The notes: generated from the letters alone by a model not told the origin. Positions 20,490 through 33,586 are shown, counted from the stretch's first letter. The stretch is DNA of 64,000 nucleotides from a marine bacterium B5-7 (GCA_021604705.1 BQJM01000001.1:8276-72275), one strand, 5' to 3'. A program made the numbers and translations.

Positions 20490-20490
20490 G

Positions 20491-21042
20491 GTGTCAGAAT
20501 TAGATCCAATGACAAAACGTTGGTACGTTGTGCATGCTTACTCAGGCTATGAGGCGCGTGTGATGGAATTGTTGCGCGAACGTATTGCTTTAGCTGGCAT
20601 AGAAGACCATTTTGCAGAAATTATGGTGCCAACCGAAGAAGTGGTGGAAATGAAAAGCGGTAAAAAGCGTAAGAGTGAGCGTAAATTCTTTCCTGGCTAT
20701 GTGTTGGTAAACATGGTGATGAATGATGAAACGTGGCATTTAGTGCGTTCATGCCCGAAAGTGTTGGGCTTTATTGGCGGAACCAGTAACCGACCTGCAC
20801 CGATTTCTGAAGCAGAAGCTAATCACATTATGCAAAGCATGCAAGATAGTGTGGATAAACCGAAACCCAAAACGCTTTACGATGTGGGTGAAGTGGTGCG
20901 CGTTAACGATGGTCCATTTGCAGATTTCAATGGCGTTGTAGAAGACGTAAATTACGAAAAAAGCCGCTTACGTGTGGCTGTGACGATTTTTGGTCGTTCA
21001 ACACCTGTCGAACTTGAGTTCGGCCAAGTTGAAAAAACGTAA
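20491..21042 (+). CDS. nusG: Transcription termination/antitermination factor NusG.
   Basis: [14 protein letters not shown]-terminus and KOW domain at the C-terminus. Confidence 0.92.
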   Translation: MSELDPMTKRWYVVHAYSGYEARVMELLRERIALAGIEDHFAEIMVPTEEVVEMKSGKKRKSERKFFPGYVLVNMVMNDETWHLVRSCPKVLGFIGGTSNRPAPISEAEANHIMQSMQDSVDKPKPKTLYDVGEVVRVNDGPFADFNGVVEDVNYEKSRLRVAVTIFGRSTPVELEFGQVEKT

Positions 21043-21124
21043 AATAACGGGGAGAGCATTATGTCGAGTCTCTATCAATTGATAGCGGTGTCGGCGCTCG
21101 TTTGCACCCAAACAGGAGAATGAT

Positions 21125-21556
21125 ATGGCGAAGAAAGTCAATGCTTATATTAAGCTGCAGGTCATGGGTGGCGCTGCCAATCCAAGTCCACCTGTTGGTC
21201 CAGCATTGGGTCAGCACGGCGTTAACATTATGGAATTCTGTAAAGCGTTTAACGCAAAAACAGAAGACCGCAAAGGTATGCCGCTACCGGTTGTCATTAC
21301 CGTGTACGCGGATCGCAGTTTCACCTTCATTATTAAAACCCCGCCAACTTCCTACTTGCTACGTCAAGCAGCGAAGATTAAAAAAGGTAGTGGTGAACCT
21401 AACAAAAATAAAGTGGGTAAAGTCAGTCGTCAACAATTAATTGATATTGCGAACGTAAAAGAACCTGATTTAACAGCTGCTGAAATCGAAGCGGCTATTC
21501 GTACGATTGCGGGCAGTGCGCGCAGTATGGGTATTGAAGTAGAAGGGGTTAAATAA
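21125..21556 (+). CDS. rplK: 50S ribosomal protein L11.
   Basis: [30 protein letters not shown]. Confidence 0.95.
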   Translation: MAKKVNAYIKLQVMGGAANPSPPVGPALGQHGVNIMEFCKAFNAKTEDRKGMPLPVVITVYADRSFTFIIKTPPTSYLLRQAAKIKKGSGEPNKNKVGKVSRQQLIDIANVKEPDLTAAEIEAAIRTIAGSARSMGIEVEGVK

Positions 21557-22242
21557 TGGCAGAATCAAAACGTTTTAAAGCCATTCGTGAAGTGGTTGAA
21601 CATGGTAAAGCGTATCCGTTAGTTGATGCGTTGACGACATTAAAGTCTGTTGCCAAAGTAAAATTCGACGAAAGTGTTGAAGTGGCGATTAACTTGGGTG
21701 TTGATCCTCGTAAATCTGAACAAATGGTGCGTGGCGCGACAGTATTGCCACATGGTACAGGTAAAAATGTACGTGTTGCTGTGTTTACCCAGGGACCAAA
21801 TGCTGAAGCGGCGAAAGCAGCCGGTGCAGATATCGTTGGTTTTGAAGACCTAGCAGAACAAGTGAAAGCGGGTCAGATGGATTTTGATGTGGTCATTGCG
21901 TCTCCTGATGCAATGCGCATCGTGGGTCAGCTGGGTCAAATCTTAGGGCCACGTGGGTTAATGCCTAACCCTAAAGTGGGTACGGTCACACCTGATGTGA
22001 AAAAAGCCGTAGAAAATGCGAAAGCAGGACAAGTGCGTTACCGTTTAGATAAAAACGGTATTATTCATTGCGCTATCGGCAAAATAAGTTTTGATGCTGA
22101 CAAACTGCAAGATAATTTAATGGCATTAATTGCCGATTTGAAAAAAGCCAAACCAACCGGGTCGAAAGGTGTGTTTTTGAAAAAAATCACAGTCTCTTCA
22201 ACCATGGGGCCTGGCTTATTGGTAGACCAAGCTGGTCTATAA
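21556..22242 (+). CDS. rplA: 50S ribosomal protein L1.
   Basis: [13 protein letters not shown] motif. Confidence 0.95.
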   Translation: MAESKRFKAIREVVEHGKAYPLVDALTTLKSVAKVKFDESVEVAINLGVDPRKSEQMVRGATVLPHGTGKNVRVAVFTQGPNAEAAKAAGADIVGFEDLAEQVKAGQMDFDVVIASPDAMRIVGQLGQILGPRGLMPNPKVGTVTPDVKKAVENAKAGQVRYRLDKNGIIHCAIGKISFDADKLQDNLMALIADLKKAKPTGSKGVFLKKITVSSTMGPGLLVDQAGL

Positions 22243-22384
22243 AAAATTTCTACGGCAGGTGAGAGCCCGCCGTCGGAGACCGTAGGTGTGAAAGAACGGG
22301 TGTTTTTTCACTTAAGGGAAGTGGTCCGCCTACGCAGACGGTGTTGATGATGTAAATCATTAACCCAAATTGGGAGCAAGTAAC
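22243..22384 (+). promoter_or_regulatory. rplJ (L10) leader with structured GC-rich stems, the expected site of L10(L12)4 autoregulation.
   Basis: Position between rplA and rplJ; paired segments GGTGAGAGCCCGCCGTCGGAGACCGTAGGTG / CGCCTACGCAGACGGTG. Confidence 0.5.
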
Positions 22385-22909
22385 ATGACACTACGTCTCG
22401 CTGATAAGCAAGTCATTGTTGCTGAGGTAGCTGAAGTGGCTGAGAAGTCTGTCACCGCTGTGATGGCGGAATACCGTGGTTTAACGGTGGCGGAAATGAC
22501 TTCGTTGCGTCAAGAAGCGCGTAATGCCGGTGTGTTTTTGAAAGTTGTTCGAAACACATTAGCAAAACGGGCTTTGGAAAATACACAGTTTGACTGTATG
22601 CGTGATGCATTGGTTGGGCCGTTGATGCTAGCTTTTTCAGAAGATCCCAGCGCACCGGCGCGCTTGATTCGTGACTTTGCAAAAAGTCATGATAAGTTAG
22701 TTGTGAAGCATATATCGATTGGTGGTGAACTACTCGATGCGTCACAGTTGGCAGCAATTGCGAAATTGCCAAACCGCGACGAAGCGATTGCGAAACTGAT
22801 GGGTACGATGAAAGCACCTATCACCAAGTTCGTACAAACCTTGGCTGCACCGCATACCAAGTTAGTACGTACATTGGCTGCTGTTCGCGATCAAAAAGAA
22901 ACTGGGTAA
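22385..22909 (+). CDS. rplJ: 50S ribosomal protein L10.
   Basis: MTLRLADKQVIVAEVAEVA... aligns with the L10 N-terminus; start placed at the internal Met of the ORF-track frame. Confidence 0.92.
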   Translation: MTLRLADKQVIVAEVAEVAEKSVTAVMAEYRGLTVAEMTSLRQEARNAGVFLKVVRNTLAKRALENTQFDCMRDALVGPLMLAFSEDPSAPARLIRDFAKSHDKLVVKHISIGGELLDASQLAAIAKLPNRDEAIAKLMGTMKAPITKFVQTLAAPHTKLVRTLAAVRDQKETG

Positions 22910-22941
22910 TTTATTAACTTTTACAACAAGGGGAATTTCAT

Positions 22942-23322
22942 ATGTCCGCGATTACTAAAGATCAAATCCTAGATGCTATTTCTGATATGAGCATCATGGA
23001 TGTTGTTGGCTTGATTGAAGCGATGGAAGAAAAATTCGGTGTAACAGCTGCGGCTGCAATGCCTGTTGCGATGGCCGCTGCTGGCGACGCAGGTGCTGCT
23101 GCAGAAGAAAAAACTGAGTTTGACGTCATCATGACAAGCTTTGGTGACAACAAAATTAATGTCATTAAAGCAATTCGCGCTATTACAGGCTTAGGCTTGA
23201 AAGAAGCGAAAGATATGGTAGAAAAAACACCTGCTACAGTGAAAGAAGCTGTTAGCAAAGACGATGCAGAAGCTGTCAAGAAGCAACTTGAAGAAGCTGG
23301 CGCGGCTGTCGAAGTTAAGTAA
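22942..23322 (+). CDS. rplL: 50S ribosomal protein L7/L12.
   Basis: Ala-rich hinge and C-terminal domain [27 protein letters not shown]. Confidence 0.95.
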   Translation: MSAITKDQILDAISDMSIMDVVGLIEAMEEKFGVTAAAAMPVAMAAAGDAGAAAEEKTEFDVIMTSFGDNKINVIKAIRAITGLGLKEAKDMVEKTPATVKEAVSKDDAEAVKKQLEEAGAAVEVK

Positions 23323-23333
23323 TGCCATGATAA

Positions 23334-23375
23334 TGGGTGCAGGCGTTGTCTGCACCCATTTTGTATTTTTATTGC
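23334..23375 (+). terminator. rplL-rpoB intergenic attenuator hairpin (GGGTGCAGGCGTTGTCTGCACCC followed by a T-run).
   Basis: Seen in sequence; canonical location of the partial terminator upstream of rpoB. Confidence 0.65.
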
Positions 23376-23396
23376 TGACCGTTTGAGGAAACAACC

Positions 23397-26300
23397 ATGC
23401 CAGATCCATCACAAAGAGCACAAATTCTTTGGAATAGCCGTCGTAAATCTTTTGGTCGATTACCAGAAGTAATGGCTGCACCCTATTTGTTAGCACCACC
23501 ATTAGATTCTTACAAAGAGTTTGTTAATGCGGATGCCATTGGTCGGGATGAATATAGCGAACAAGATAAAAATTCAGGTTTGCATGATGCGTTTAGCTCA
23601 GTGTTCCCTATTGTAAGCTATTCAGGTTATGCGGAATTACAATATGTGGGCTACCGTATTGGTCAGCCAGTATTCGATGTGCGTGAGTGCCAAATGCGTG
23701 GCATCACTTACGCCGGTGCACTACGCGTTAAATTACGCCTAGTCATTTATGATAAAGAAACGTCTGGCGCGAATAAAGCCGTTAAAGACATTAAAGAACA
23801 AGAAGTTTACATGGGTGAGTTACCGCTGATTACAGAGCGCGGAACTTTCGTCATTAACGGGACAGAACGGGTTGTGGTCTCTCAGTTACATCGTTCACCG
23901 GGTGTCTTCTTCGAGCATGACAAAGGTAAGACACATTCCTCTGGTAAATACCTATTCTCTGCACGCGTTATCCCTTATCGCGGCTCTTGGTTAGATTTCG
24001 AATTTGATCCCAAAGATATTTTATTTACCCGTATCGACAGACGTCGTAAATTGCCGGTGACTATTTTGTTGCGTGCTTTAGGTATGTCGACAGAGCAAAT
24101 TCTTGATACCTTCTTCTCTACCGACAAGCTGCATATTGATGCTGTGGATGAGAAAGTGTCGGTAAAAGCGATCGCAGAAAAAGCATCGAAGACAACTAAA
24201 ACGGCTATTGCAACCGCAGCAGCTAACATGGAAGCGATTTCTGTGTTGACGGTAACCATGGAATTGGTGCCGGATCGTTTGCGTGGTGATATTGCCCGTT
24301 TTGATATTAAGGGTCGTAACGACAAAACTTACGTTGAACAAGGTCGTCGTATTTCTGCACGTCATGTGCGTGAAATGGAAAAAGACGGCGTGCAATTATT
24401 GCAAGTACCAGCAAATTATTTGGTAGGCAAAGTATTAGCACGCGCTATTATCGATACCGAAACCGGTGAAGAGTTAGCCGCAGCGAATAGTGAAATTACC
24501 CCAGAAATTTTGGCGAATATGGTGAATGCGGGTATTTCTGCATTCGAAACATTGTACATCAATGAAATTGACCACGGTCCTTATATTTCTGATACCTTGC
24601 GCATTGATCCAACAACGAGTCGTTTAGAAGCGTTGGTGGAAATTTATCGTATGATGCGTCCTGGTGAGCCACCAACAAAAGACGCCGCAGAAAACTTATT
24701 CCAAAACTTATTTTTCAACAGCGACCGTTATGATTTGTCAGCGGTTGGTCGAATGAAATTTAATCGTCGTGTTGGGCGCGACAGTATTGAAGGTGAGCCG
24801 ATTTTATCTGAAGAAGATATTTTAGCTGTGATTCAAACCTTGGTCGCGATTCGTGATGGTAAAGGCGTTTGTGATGATATCGATCACTTGGGTAACCGAC
24901 GCGTGCGTTGCGTGGGTGAGATGACTGAAAATCAATTCCGTATTGGTTTGGTTCGTGTCGAACGCGCGGTGAAAGAGCGTTTAAGCCAAGCAGAATCTGA
25001 TGAACTGATGCCACAAGATTTGATTAATGCTAAACCTATTTCTGCTGCAATTAAAGAACATTTTGGTTCTAGCCAATTGTCGCAATTCATGGATCAAAAT
25101 AACCCATTATCAGAAATTACGCACAAGCGTCGTATTTCTGCATTAGGACCTGGTGGTTTGACGCGTGAGCGTGCGGGCTTTGAGGTTCGTGATGTGCATC
25201 CAACGCATTATGGTCGTTTATGTCCGATTGAAACACCTGAGGGACCAAACATTGGTTTGATTAACTCTCTATCTATCTATGCACGTTTAAACGAATACGG
25301 CTTCATTGAGTCGCCTGTTCGTCGTGTTGTTGATAGCAATGTCACGAGTGAGGTTATCTATCTTTCTGCGATTGAGGAAGGTGGTTTTGTGATTGCGCAA
25401 GCGAATGCTGTCGTTGATAAAAACGGCAAGCTCACCAATGATTTGGTGCAAGCGCGTCATCAGGGTGAAACGATTTATTCGACACCTGATAAAGTAGATT
25501 ATATGGATGTTGCACCGCAACAAATGGTATCTGTTGCTGCGGCGCTAATTCCTTTCTTGGAACATGATGATGCTAACCGTGCATTGATGGGATCAAACAT
25601 GCAACGTCAGGCTGTGCCTACCTTGCGTGCAGATAAACCATTGGTTGGTACGGGTTTTGAGCGCAAAGTGGCGGTTGATTCAGGTATTACTGTTGTTGCT
25701 AAGCGTGGTGGTATTGTTGATTTTGTTGATGCATCTCGTATTGTGATTCGTGTGAACGATGCGGAAACCCAAGCGGGTGAAACCGGTGTGGATATTTACA
25801 ATCTTGTTAAATATATGCGTTCCAACCAAAATACTTGTATGAATCAACGTCCATTGGTGCGAGCAGGTGATGTTGTTTGTCACGGCGATGTGATGGCAGA
25901 TGGTGCATCCACCGATATGGGTGAGCTTGCGCTGGGTCAAAATTTATTAGTGGCCTTCATGCCTTGGAATGGTTACAACTACGAAGATTCTATTCTGATT
26001 TCCGAACGTTTGGTGGAAGAAGATCGCTTTACGACGATTCATATTGAAGAATTGTCTTGTATCGCGCGTGATACGAAGTTAGGTACCGAAGAAATTACAG
26101 CGGATATCCCTAATGTTGGTGAAAATGCGCTAGGCAAACTGGATGAGTCCGGTATTGTTTATGTAGGTGCAGAAGTTGAAGCCGGGGACATCTTGGTTGG
26201 TAAAATCACACCGAAAGGTGAAACCCAACTAACACCGGAAGAAAAATTGCTGCGCGCAATCTTTGGTGAAAAAGCGTCTGATGTGAAGGATACTTCATTG

Positions 26301-27608
26301 CGTGTACCAACAGGTACCACCGGGACTATCATCGATGTGCAAGTCTTTACACGTGATGGTGTTGAAAAAGATGAGCGTGCATTAAGTATTGAAGCAGCTG
26401 AAATTGAACGTGTAAAAACAGACTTTGCTGATCAATTACGTATTTGCGAGAATGATGCGTATGCGCGTATTGAAAGATTATTATTGAGTGAGAAAGCTGC
26501 GGGTGGCCCTAATGGCTTAAAATCTGGCGCAGCGATTACGACAGACTATTTGAAGGACTTACCTAAAGCACAGTGGTTGGATATTCGTTTAAAAGATGAA
26601 AATGCGAATGCGCAATTAGAGAAGCAAATAGCGCAATTGAAACAATTGCGACAAGCGCATGATGAGAGACTGACATTGCAGCGTCGCAAGATCACACAAG
26701 GTGATGATTTGGCACCGGGTGTATTAAAAATTGTGAAGGTGTATATGGCGGTGAAACGTCGTGTGCAACCGGGTGACAAGATGGCGGGTCGTCATGGTAA
26801 CAAAGGTATTATTTCTACCATTGTACCAGTCGAAGATATGCCTTATCGCGCAGATGGTACAACCATGGATATCGTATTAAATCCATTAGGTGTTCCATCA
26901 CGGATGAACATCGGTCAGGTATTGGAAACGCATTTGGGTTGGGCTGCGAAAGGCTTAGGTAATAAAATTTCGCGGATGTTAGATGAGCAACGTGCTGCAT
27001 CAGAAATGCGGGCATTCCTTGAAGACGTTTACAACACCGATAGTTATCACCAGACAGCGATCAAAGATATGGATGATGACCGTCTGACGGAATTTGCCGA
27101 ACATTTACGTGATGGTGTGCCAATGGCAACACCTGTATTTGATGGTGCTTCTGAAGCAGAAATTAAACGCATGTTAGCACTAGCGGATTTACCGACATCA
27201 GGTAAATCGACTTTGTATGATGGACGTACTGGTGAAGCATTTGAATGCCAGGTCACCGTGGGTTACATGTACATGCTGAAACTAAATCACTTGGTTGATG
27301 AAAAGATGCATGCGCGTTCTACCGGCTCTTATAGTTTGGTTACTCAGCAACCTTTGGGTGGTAAAGCACAATTTGGTGGCCAGCGTTTCGGTGAAATGGA
27401 GGTCTGGGCGCTAGAAGCTTATGGTGCGGCATATACCTTGCAAGAAATGCTGACAGTAAAATCAGATGACGTGTTGGGTCGGACTAAAATGTATAAAAAC
27501 ATTGTAGATGGTGACCATCGTATGGATTCTGGTATGCCGGAATCATTCAATGTATTGATTAAAGAAATATTGTCACTTGGCTTAAACATCGAATTAATCA
27601 GAGATTAA
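23397..27608 (+). CDS. rpoB: DNA-directed RNA polymerase beta subunit.
   Basis: 1403 aa with RpoB motifs throughout. Confidence 0.97.
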   Translation: MPDPSQRAQILWNSRRKSFGRLPEVMAAPYLLAPPLDSYKEFVNADAIGRDEYSEQDKNSGLHDAFSSVFPIVSYSGYAELQYVGYRIGQPVFDVRECQMRGITYAGALRVKLRLVIYDKETSGANKAVKDIKEQEVYMGELPLITERGTFVINGTERVVVSQLHRSPGVFFEHDKGKTHSSGKYLFSARVIPYRGSWLDFEFDPKDILFTRIDRRRKLPVTILLRALGMSTEQILDTFFSTDKLHIDAVDEKVSVKAIAEKASKTTKTAIATAAANMEAISVLTVTMELVPDRLRGDIARFDIKGRNDKTYVEQGRRISARHVREMEKDGVQLLQVPANYLVGKVLARAIIDTETGEELAAANSEITPEILANMVNAGISAFETLYINEIDHGPYISDTLRIDPTTSRLEALVEIYRMMRPGEPPTKDAAENLFQNLFFNSDRYDLSAVGRMKFNRRVGRDSIEGEPILSEEDILAVIQTLVAIRDGKGVCDDIDHLGNRRVRCVGEMTENQFRIGLVRVERAVKERLSQAESDELMPQDLINAKPISAAIKEHFGSSQLSQFMDQNNPLSEITHKRRISALGPGGLTRERAGFEVRDVHPTHYGRLCPIETPEGPNIGLINSLSIYARLNEYGFIESPVRRVVDSNVTSEVIYLSAIEEGGFVIAQANAVVDKNGKLTNDLVQARHQGETIYSTPDKVDYMDVAPQQMVSVAAALIPFLEHDDANRALMGSNMQRQAVPTLRADKPLVGTGFERKVAVDSGITVVAKRGGIVDFVDASRIVIRVNDAETQAGETGVDIYNLVKYMRSNQNTCMNQRPLVRAGDVVCHGDVMADGASTDMGELALGQNLLVAFMPWNGYNYEDSILISERLVEEDRFTTIHIEELSCIARDTKLGTEEITADIPNVGENALGKLDESGIVYVGAEVEAGDILVGKITPKGETQLTPEEKLLRAIFGEKASDVKDTSLRVPTGTTGTIIDVQVFTRDGVEKDERALSIEAAEIERVKTDFADQLRICENDAYARIERLLLSEKAAGGPNGLKSGAAITTDYLKDLPKAQWLDIRLKDENANAQLEKQIAQLKQLRQAHDERLTLQRRKITQGDDLAPGVLKIVKVYMAVKRRVQPGDKMAGRHGNKGIISTIVPVEDMPYRADGTTMDIVLNPLGVPSRMNIGQVLETHLGWAAKGLGNKISRMLDEQRAASEMRAFLEDVYNTDSYHQTAIKDMDDDRLTEFAEHLRDGVPMATPVFDGASEAEIKRMLALADLPTSGKSTLYDGRTGEAFECQVTVGYMYMLKLNHLVDEKMHARSTGSYSLVTQQPLGGKAQFGGQRFGEMEVWALEAYGAAYTLQEMLTVKSDDVLGRTKMYKNIVDGDHRMDSGMPESFNVLIKEILSLGLNIELIRD

Positions 27609-27724
27609 CCTTTGAGGAGATAGCGACTATGGTGGATTTTAACGCGGCGCATACCACAGAAACCCAACATAACATGACGGGTGCGACCTCCATTGAGGTG
27701 ACTGATGCAGAGGATAAACATCCA

Positions 27725-30700
27725 ATGAAGGATGTTCCTTTCATGAGTGATTTATTGAGTTTTGTCACCCCAGAACAGCAACGCCAAGCGTTGACTGGCC
27801 TGAAGATTTCAGTGGCATCACCCAAAGAAATTTTGGCGCATTCATTTGGTGAAGTAACTAAACCAGAAACAATTAACTACCGAACGTATCGACCAGAACG
27901 TGATGGTTTATTCTGCGCAAAAACCTTTGGTCCTATCAAGGATTATGAGTGTTTGTGTGGTAAATATAAGCGTTTAAAGCATCGTGGTGTGGTCTGCGAG
28001 AAGTGTGGTGTTGAAGTTACCTTGTCGAAAGTGCGTCGTGAACGTATGGGTCATATTACCCTAGCGTGTCCTGTTGCCCATATTTGGTTTTTGAAATCAC
28101 TTCCTTCACGTATCGGTCTATTGTTGGATATGACGCTGCGTGAGATTGAACGTATTTTATATTTTGAAGCCTTTGTTGTGGTTGATCCTGGCTTAACCGA
28201 TCTTGAACGCGGACAACTACTGACAGATGAAAATTATATTGAAGCTATTGAGCAGTATGGCGATGACTTTGATGCGCGGATGGGTGCGGAAGCCATTCAG
28301 CAATTATTGTTAAGCGTCGATCTTGAGGAAGATGCGGTTAATCTCCGCGAAGAGTTGGCATCAACGACGTCTGAAACACGTATTAAAAAGATTAGTAAAC
28401 GTCTTAAATTAGTGGAAGCATTTATTGGTTCAGGTAATCGACCTGAATGGATGGTGATGGAAGTATTGCCTGTGTTACCACCAGATTTGCGTCCATTGGT
28501 TCCCTTGGATGGCGGTCGTTTTGCGACATCTGATTTGAATGATTTATACCGTCGTGTGATTAACCGTAATAATCGTTTGAAACGTTTATTAGAGCTTAAT
28601 GCCCCTGACATCATCGTGCGAAATGAAAAACGTATGTTGCAAGAAGCGGTGGATGCTTTACTCGATAATGGTCGACGTGGTCGTCCAATTACGGGCACGA
28701 ATAAACGCCCATTGAAATCTTTGGCTGACATGATCAAAGGTAAGCAAGGTCGTTTCCGTCAAAACTTATTAGGTAAACGTGTCGATTATTCTGGTCGTTC
28801 CGTTATTGTTGTTGGGCCTACCTTAAAATTACACCAATGTGGTTTGCCGAAGAAGATGGCTTTAGAGTTGTTTAAACCCTTTATTTTCAGCAAATTAGAG
28901 TTACGTGGCTTGGCGACAACGATTAAAGCTGCGAAGAAAATGGTTGAAAAAGGTAGCCCTGAAGTTTGGGATATTTTGGAAGAAGTGATTCGCGAACATC
29001 CGGTACTATTAAACCGTGCACCAACACTACATAGATTGGGTTTACAAGCTTTTGAGCCTGTCCTCATTGAAGGTAAAGCAATTCAATTGCATCCTTTGGT
29101 TTGTGGTGCATTCAACGCCGATTTCGATGGTGATCAAATGTCTGTGCATGTGCCGTTAACTATTGAAGCACAGCTCGAAGCGCGTGCATTGATGATGTCG
29201 ACGAATAATGTCTTATCACCTGCGAATGGTGAGCCGATTATCGTACCATCACAAGATATGGTCTTGGGCTTGTATTACATGACGCGTGAAGCAATCAATG
29301 CGAAGGGTGAGGGCATGGTCTTCTCTGATGCAGAAGAAGTAATGCGTGCCTACCAAACGGGCGTGGCATCGTTGCATGCTAAAATTAAAGTGCGCTTGAA
29401 TGCAAAAAATACGGGTGATGATGCCGACATAGAGTTAGTGGATACGACGATTGGCCGTACCATCGCTTTTGGTATTTTCCCGGAAGGTTTGCCGTTTAGT
29501 TTGTTAGATCAACCTCTGACGAAAAAACGTATTTCATTCTTGATTAAGACATCTTACCGCTCCATTGGTCTGAAAGAAACGGTTATTTTTGCCGATCATT
29601 TGATGTATACCGGTTTTCATTATGCGACACGTGCCGGTGTTTCTATTGGTGTGAATGATTTAGAAATACCTAAAGAAAAAGCGAATATCATCCAAGGCGC
29701 GCAGGATCAGGTGCGTGAAATTGAACGACAATATTCCTCTGGTTTGGTGACACAAACAGAGCGTTACAATAAAGCGATTGATATTTGGGCGCATACCAGT
29801 GAACAAGTGGCTCGCGCGATGATGAATGCAATTTCTAAAGAGGAAGTCGTTAATAAATCGGGTGAAACAGTCATACAGGATTCCTTTAACTCAGTCTTCA
29901 TGATGGCTGATTCTGGCGCCCGGGGTTCTGCTGCGCAGATTCGTCAGTTAGCGGGTATGCGGGGTTTGATGGCAAAACCGGATGGCTCGATTATTGAAAC
30001 ACCGATTACAGCGAACTTCCGTGAAGGTTTGAATGTATCGCAATACTTTAGTTCAACGCATGGTGCGCGGAAAGGTTTGGCGGATACCGCGTTAAAAACA
30101 GCGAACTCTGGTTACTTAACGCGTCGTTTGGTCGATGTGGCACAAGATTTAGTGGTTGTCGAAAGAGATTGTGGTACAGCACACGGGATCACATTGTCTG
30201 CCTTGATTGAAGGTGGTGATGTGGTTGAACCTTTGCATGAACGTGTATTGGGTCGTGTACCTATGCATGATATTTGTGTGCCAGGCTCAGAAGAAGTGGC
30301 TATCGAAGCGAATACTTTGCTGACGGAAGAGTTGGTTGAGAAAATTGAGGCGATGGGACTTGATCAAATCGTTGTGCGATCTGCTATTACCTGTGAAGCG
30401 ACTTACGGTGTATGTAGTTTATGTTACGGTCGTGATTTAGCACGCGGACATCAGATTAACCCAGGTGAATCTATCGGTGTGATTGCAGCGCAATCCATTG
30501 GTGAGCCGGGTACACAGTTAACGATGCGTACTTTCCATATTGGTGGTGCGGCGTCTTCAACATCGGCAGTTAGTAGCGTTCAAGTGAAAGCAAGTGGTAA
30601 GGCCAAGTTCAATAATGTGAAAGTGGTTGAGCATGCGAATGGCCATTGGGTAACGGTTTCACGTTCATGTGAAATTGTGATGACGGACAAACAGGGTCGT

Positions 30701-32116
30701 GAGCGTGAAAAATATAAATTACCTTATGGTGCCAATTTGACGGTGGCTGATGGTCAATCTGTAGAGGGTGGCCAAGTGATTGCAACGTGGGATCCACACG
30801 TACATCCGATTATTACAGAAGCGGCGGGTTTTGTGCAGTTTGTTGACTTCGTTGATGAACAAACCATGAAGCGCCAAGTAGATGACACAACAGGCTTGTC
30901 TAGCATTGTGATTATCGATGCGAAACAACGTGGCGCGAAAGATTTACGTCCGATGATTCGTTTGCTTGATAAAGATGGTAATGAGCTTTGCTTGCCAGGT
31001 ACCAATGTGCCGGCGCATTACTTCTTGCCGATAGATGCCAGTGTTCAATTAGATGATGGCGCGGAAGTTGGCGTGGGTGATGTGCTATCACGTATCCCGC
31101 AAGAATCTTCAAAAACGCGTGATATTACGGGTGGTTTGCCACGGGTTGCGGATTTATTCGAAGCACGTACGCCGAAAGATGCTGCGATTTTGGCAGAAAC
31201 ATCGGGTCTTGTGAGCTTCGGTAAAGAAACCAAAGGTAAGCGTCGTTTAGTGATTACAGAGGCTGGCGGCGAAGTCCATGAAGAATTGATTCCGAAATGG
31301 CGTAGCATCATTGTCTTTGAAGGTGAGCACGTTGAGAAAGGGGAAACCGTTGTTGATGGTGCGGCAAATCCACACGATATTTTGCGCTTGCAAGGGGTGG
31401 AAGCCTTATCTGATTACATCACTAACGAAATTCAAGAGGTGTATCGTTTACAGGGTGTGAAGATTAATGACAAACATATCGAAGTGATTGTTCGTCAGAT
31501 GTTACGTAAAGTACGTATCACGTCTTCGGGTGATTCAAAATACTTGCCGGGCGAACAGGTTGAGTTTACACGTTTGCGACAGGTTAACCGTGACTTACAA
31601 GCGGAAGGTAAGCAGCCAGCGTTGTTTGACCGGGTCTTGTTGGGGATAACGAAAGCATCCTTGTCGACAGAATCTTTCTTATCTGCGGCGTCATTCCAAG
31701 AAACGACCCGCGTGTTGACGGAAGCGGCTGTGAGCGGTAAGTGTGATGAATTGCGTGGTTTGAAAGAAAATGTATTGCTTGGCCGTTTGATTCCTGCAGG
31801 TACAGGCTTGGCATACCATCAAGCATGTATGAAAGCGGAACAAGCAGCGAAAGAATCTGCACAGAAGAGCGAGCTAACGGCACAAGACGTTGAAGACGCA
31901 TTGAGCCTGGCTTTGGGTGGTAATGCCGGTGGCACGCCAACCTTGAGTGCTGATGATGCTTTGGGTGCTGCATTGTCTGGCTTGGATGCCCCTGCATCTG
32001 TTGAGCCAGCGCCTGCACCAGCACCAGCAGCGCCACCTGTATTTGGTGCGGCACCAATGCCCCCGGTGCAGGATAAACCTGCAGGTGAGGGTGACGCACA
32101 GGAAGGTTCTGAGTAA
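27725..32116 (+). CDS. rpoC: DNA-directed RNA polymerase beta-prime subunit, with an Ala/Pro-rich C-terminal tail of about 70 aa.
   Basis: The conserved N-terminus begins near [14 protein letters not shown]...[31 protein letters not shown]. The ORF-track start 27629 is probably upstream of the true start (27725 or 27743). Zinc-binding CxxC motifs and NADFDGD are present. Confidence 0.9.
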   Translation: MKDVPFMSDLLSFVTPEQQRQALTGLKISVASPKEILAHSFGEVTKPETINYRTYRPERDGLFCAKTFGPIKDYECLCGKYKRLKHRGVVCEKCGVEVTLSKVRRERMGHITLACPVAHIWFLKSLPSRIGLLLDMTLREIERILYFEAFVVVDPGLTDLERGQLLTDENYIEAIEQYGDDFDARMGAEAIQQLLLSVDLEEDAVNLREELASTTSETRIKKISKRLKLVEAFIGSGNRPEWMVMEVLPVLPPDLRPLVPLDGGRFATSDLNDLYRRVINRNNRLKRLLELNAPDIIVRNEKRMLQEAVDALLDNGRRGRPITGTNKRPLKSLADMIKGKQGRFRQNLLGKRVDYSGRSVIVVGPTLKLHQCGLPKKMALELFKPFIFSKLELRGLATTIKAAKKMVEKGSPEVWDILEEVIREHPVLLNRAPTLHRLGLQAFEPVLIEGKAIQLHPLVCGAFNADFDGDQMSVHVPLTIEAQLEARALMMSTNNVLSPANGEPIIVPSQDMVLGLYYMTREAINAKGEGMVFSDAEEVMRAYQTGVASLHAKIKVRLNAKNTGDDADIELVDTTIGRTIAFGIFPEGLPFSLLDQPLTKKRISFLIKTSYRSIGLKETVIFADHLMYTGFHYATRAGVSIGVNDLEIPKEKANIIQGAQDQVREIERQYSSGLVTQTERYNKAIDIWAHTSEQVARAMMNAISKEEVVNKSGETVIQDSFNSVFMMADSGARGSAAQIRQLAGMRGLMAKPDGSIIETPITANFREGLNVSQYFSSTHGARKGLADTALKTANSGYLTRRLVDVAQDLVVVERDCGTAHGITLSALIEGGDVVEPLHERVLGRVPMHDICVPGSEEVAIEANTLLTEELVEKIEAMGLDQIVVRSAITCEATYGVCSLCYGRDLARGHQINPGESIGVIAAQSIGEPGTQLTMRTFHIGGAASSTSAVSSVQVKASGKAKFNNVKVVEHANGHWVTVSRSCEIVMTDKQGREREKYKLPYGANLTVADGQSVEGGQVIATWDPHVHPIITEAAGFVQFVDFVDEQTMKRQVDDTTGLSSIVIIDAKQRGAKDLRPMIRLLDKDGNELCLPGTNVPAHYFLPIDASVQLDDGAEVGVGDVLSRIPQESSKTRDITGGLPRVADLFEARTPKDAAILAETSGLVSFGKETKGKRRLVITEAGGEVHEELIPKWRSIIVFEGEHVEKGETVVDGAANPHDILRLQGVEALSDYITNEIQEVYRLQGVKINDKHIEVIVRQMLRKVRITSSGDSKYLPGEQVEFTRLRQVNRDLQAEGKQPALFDRVLLGITKASLSTESFLSAASFQETTRVLTEAAVSGKCDELRGLKENVLLGRLIPAGTGLAYHQACMKAEQAAKESAQKSELTAQDVEDALSLALGGNAGGTPTLSADDALGAALSGLDAPASVEPAPAPAPAAPPVFGAAPMPPVQDKPAGEGDAQEGSE

Positions 32117-32162
32117 AATCACTGCCATCCCGTGCTGCTGTTACTTGCTAGTGTTACCAGGA

Positions 32163-32192
32163 AACCCCGGCCAAGTGCCGGGGTTTTTACCG
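32163..32192 (+). terminator. rpoC rho-independent terminator (CCCCGGCCAAGTGCCGGGG followed by TTTT).
   Basis: Seen in sequence. Confidence 0.75.
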
Positions 32193-32465
32193 GTTCGGTA
32201 TGCCTTTCAAAAAGACGCACACTAACTGCCGTCCATGGCGCTCGACGCTGGCATCCCTGCCGCCGACGCTTTTTGAATACACTTAACCACAACTCCCTGA
32301 ACAACCCGGCATGCAGGATGCTGCGTGTCGTTTTTTCGCGGCGAGAATACGTTTGATAAGTAGCGATTTTTTCACAATGTTTCTCCGGGTTTCATCGGTG
32401 CGCACCAAAAACAGGTGCTGATGCCGCAATCAGCAGAATGAGCGTGTTTCGCTGCTAAAATGCGT

Positions 32466-32954
32466 TTAATCAGTTGTTGCTTCATTTTCATTATCCTCTA
32501 AATATTCTTTAAACCATAATTGTAAGGTCTCGGGACCAAGATTATCGTAAACATAGGATAGCCACTTTGCAAATTCATCATTAAGAATGGACTCAGCATT
32601 TTCTTTAAAGTGTTGCTTTTCAGATTCGCTGGTGGGCTGGTGATGGATGAAGTGGCCAAAGTGGGTTTTGCCGAAATCCATGTAATCCCGGGTAAATAAA
32701 ATGAAGGTATGCCACATGTCATCGACTTCGCTAAATTCTGGCTGCATGTAGGATTTAAATTGTAAATCGGGATTATTGGGCGTAGCGGCCAAATCTGAGC
32801 GGTGCTTAGCATTTAGCCAGAGGAACTTCATGAGTTGGGCAAAGGCCTCTTCAGCAGAGAGCGTATTGCCTGGATAATCCACACGATAGCGAGCTAATAT
32901 CTCAGGATAGTCTAGCGCGAGTAAGGCGTTTAGCTGAGGGAGGCATGTTTGCAT
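32466..32954 (-). CDS. 162-aa hypothetical protein inserted between rpoC and rpsL in opposite orientation. His-rich motif WHTFILFTRDY...HFGHFIHH, possibly DUF1399/glycine-rich-domain-like.
   Basis: Clean ORF with ATG start in an otherwise universally conserved rpoC-rpsL junction. Motif resemblance is low confidence. Confidence 0.5.
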   Translation of the reverse strand: MQTCLPQLNALLALDYPEILARYRVDYPGNTLSAEEAFAQLMKFLWLNAKHRSDLAATPNNPDLQFKSYMQPEFSEVDDMWHTFILFTRDYMDFGKTHFGHFIHHQPTSESEKQHFKENAESILNDEFAKWLSYVYDNLGPETLQLWFKEYLEDNENEATTD

Positions 32955-33063
32955 GAGCAGCCTTTTGTTCCTGTCAATGTTGGTGGATTGTATTATTATT
33001 TATCACTCCAGGTCAAGCACTTTAGAGACCTTTGGATAAATCCTACGATTGCCTGCCGATCGC

Positions 33064-33092
33064 TTGACAATAGGGTGGTGCATCCGTAGAAT
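33064..33092 (+). promoter_or_regulatory. str operon promoter TTGACA-17-TAGAAT upstream of rpsL.
   Basis: Near-consensus hexamers with a 17-nt spacer, about 100 nt upstream of the rpsL ATG. Confidence 0.7.
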
Positions 33093-33191
33093 TCGGCCTC
33101 CCATCCTTGTGGGTGGCCCATATTTCAGCGTTTTTCGTCGTGTAGGTTTATGCGGCAAAGTGGCGCTTTTGTGTAATTTTGGAGAGGCTTG

Positions 33192-33578
33192 ATGCCAAGA
33201 ATTAACCAACTAGTAAGAAAGCCGCGCGCTAGTCGCCGGACGAAGAGTACGGTACCTGCCCTGAAGCGCTGTCCGCAGCGTCGTGGGGTATGTACTCGTG
33301 TGTATACCACCACCCCGAAAAAACCGAACTCAGCGATGCGTAAGGTCGCCCGTGTTCGTTTGACTAGCGGCTACGAAGTGCCCGCGTACATCGGTGGTGA
33401 AGGCCATAACTTACAAGAGCACTCTGTGGTCTTGATTCGTGGTGGTCGTGTGAAGGATTTACCGGGTGTTCGTTATCACGTTGTACGGGGTAGCTTGGAT
33501 ACTGCTGGGGTCTCTGGTCGTAATCAGGGTCGTTCTAAGTATGGTGCTAAGCGCCAGAAAGGCGACAAGAAAAAGTAG
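33192..33578 (+). CDS. rpsL: 30S ribosomal protein S12.
   Basis: [27 protein letters not shown]... Confidence 0.96.
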   Translation: MPRINQLVRKPRASRRTKSTVPALKRCPQRRGVCTRVYTTTPKKPNSAMRKVARVRLTSGYEVPAYIGGEGHNLQEHSVVLIRGGRVKDLPGVRYHVVRGSLDTAGVSGRNQGRSKYGAKRQKGDKKK

Positions 33579-33586
33579 GATAGCGC

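Noticed and set aside
21102-21440. 112-aa ORF overlapping rplK in another frame.
   Set aside because: rplK has an unambiguous L11 match in the overlapping frame.
31584-32225. ORFs of 171, 84 and 92 aa at the rpoC 3' end.
   Set aside because: Antisense or off-frame within the Ala/Pro-rich rpoC tail; GC-rich low-complexity artefacts.
32193-32465. Possible sRNA in the 270-nt non-coding stretch after the rpoC terminator (contains GTCGTTTTTT and several imperfect stems).
   Set aside because: No convincing promoter and terminator pair or conserved structure can be established from the sequence alone. Mentioned under the rpoC-rpsL finding only.
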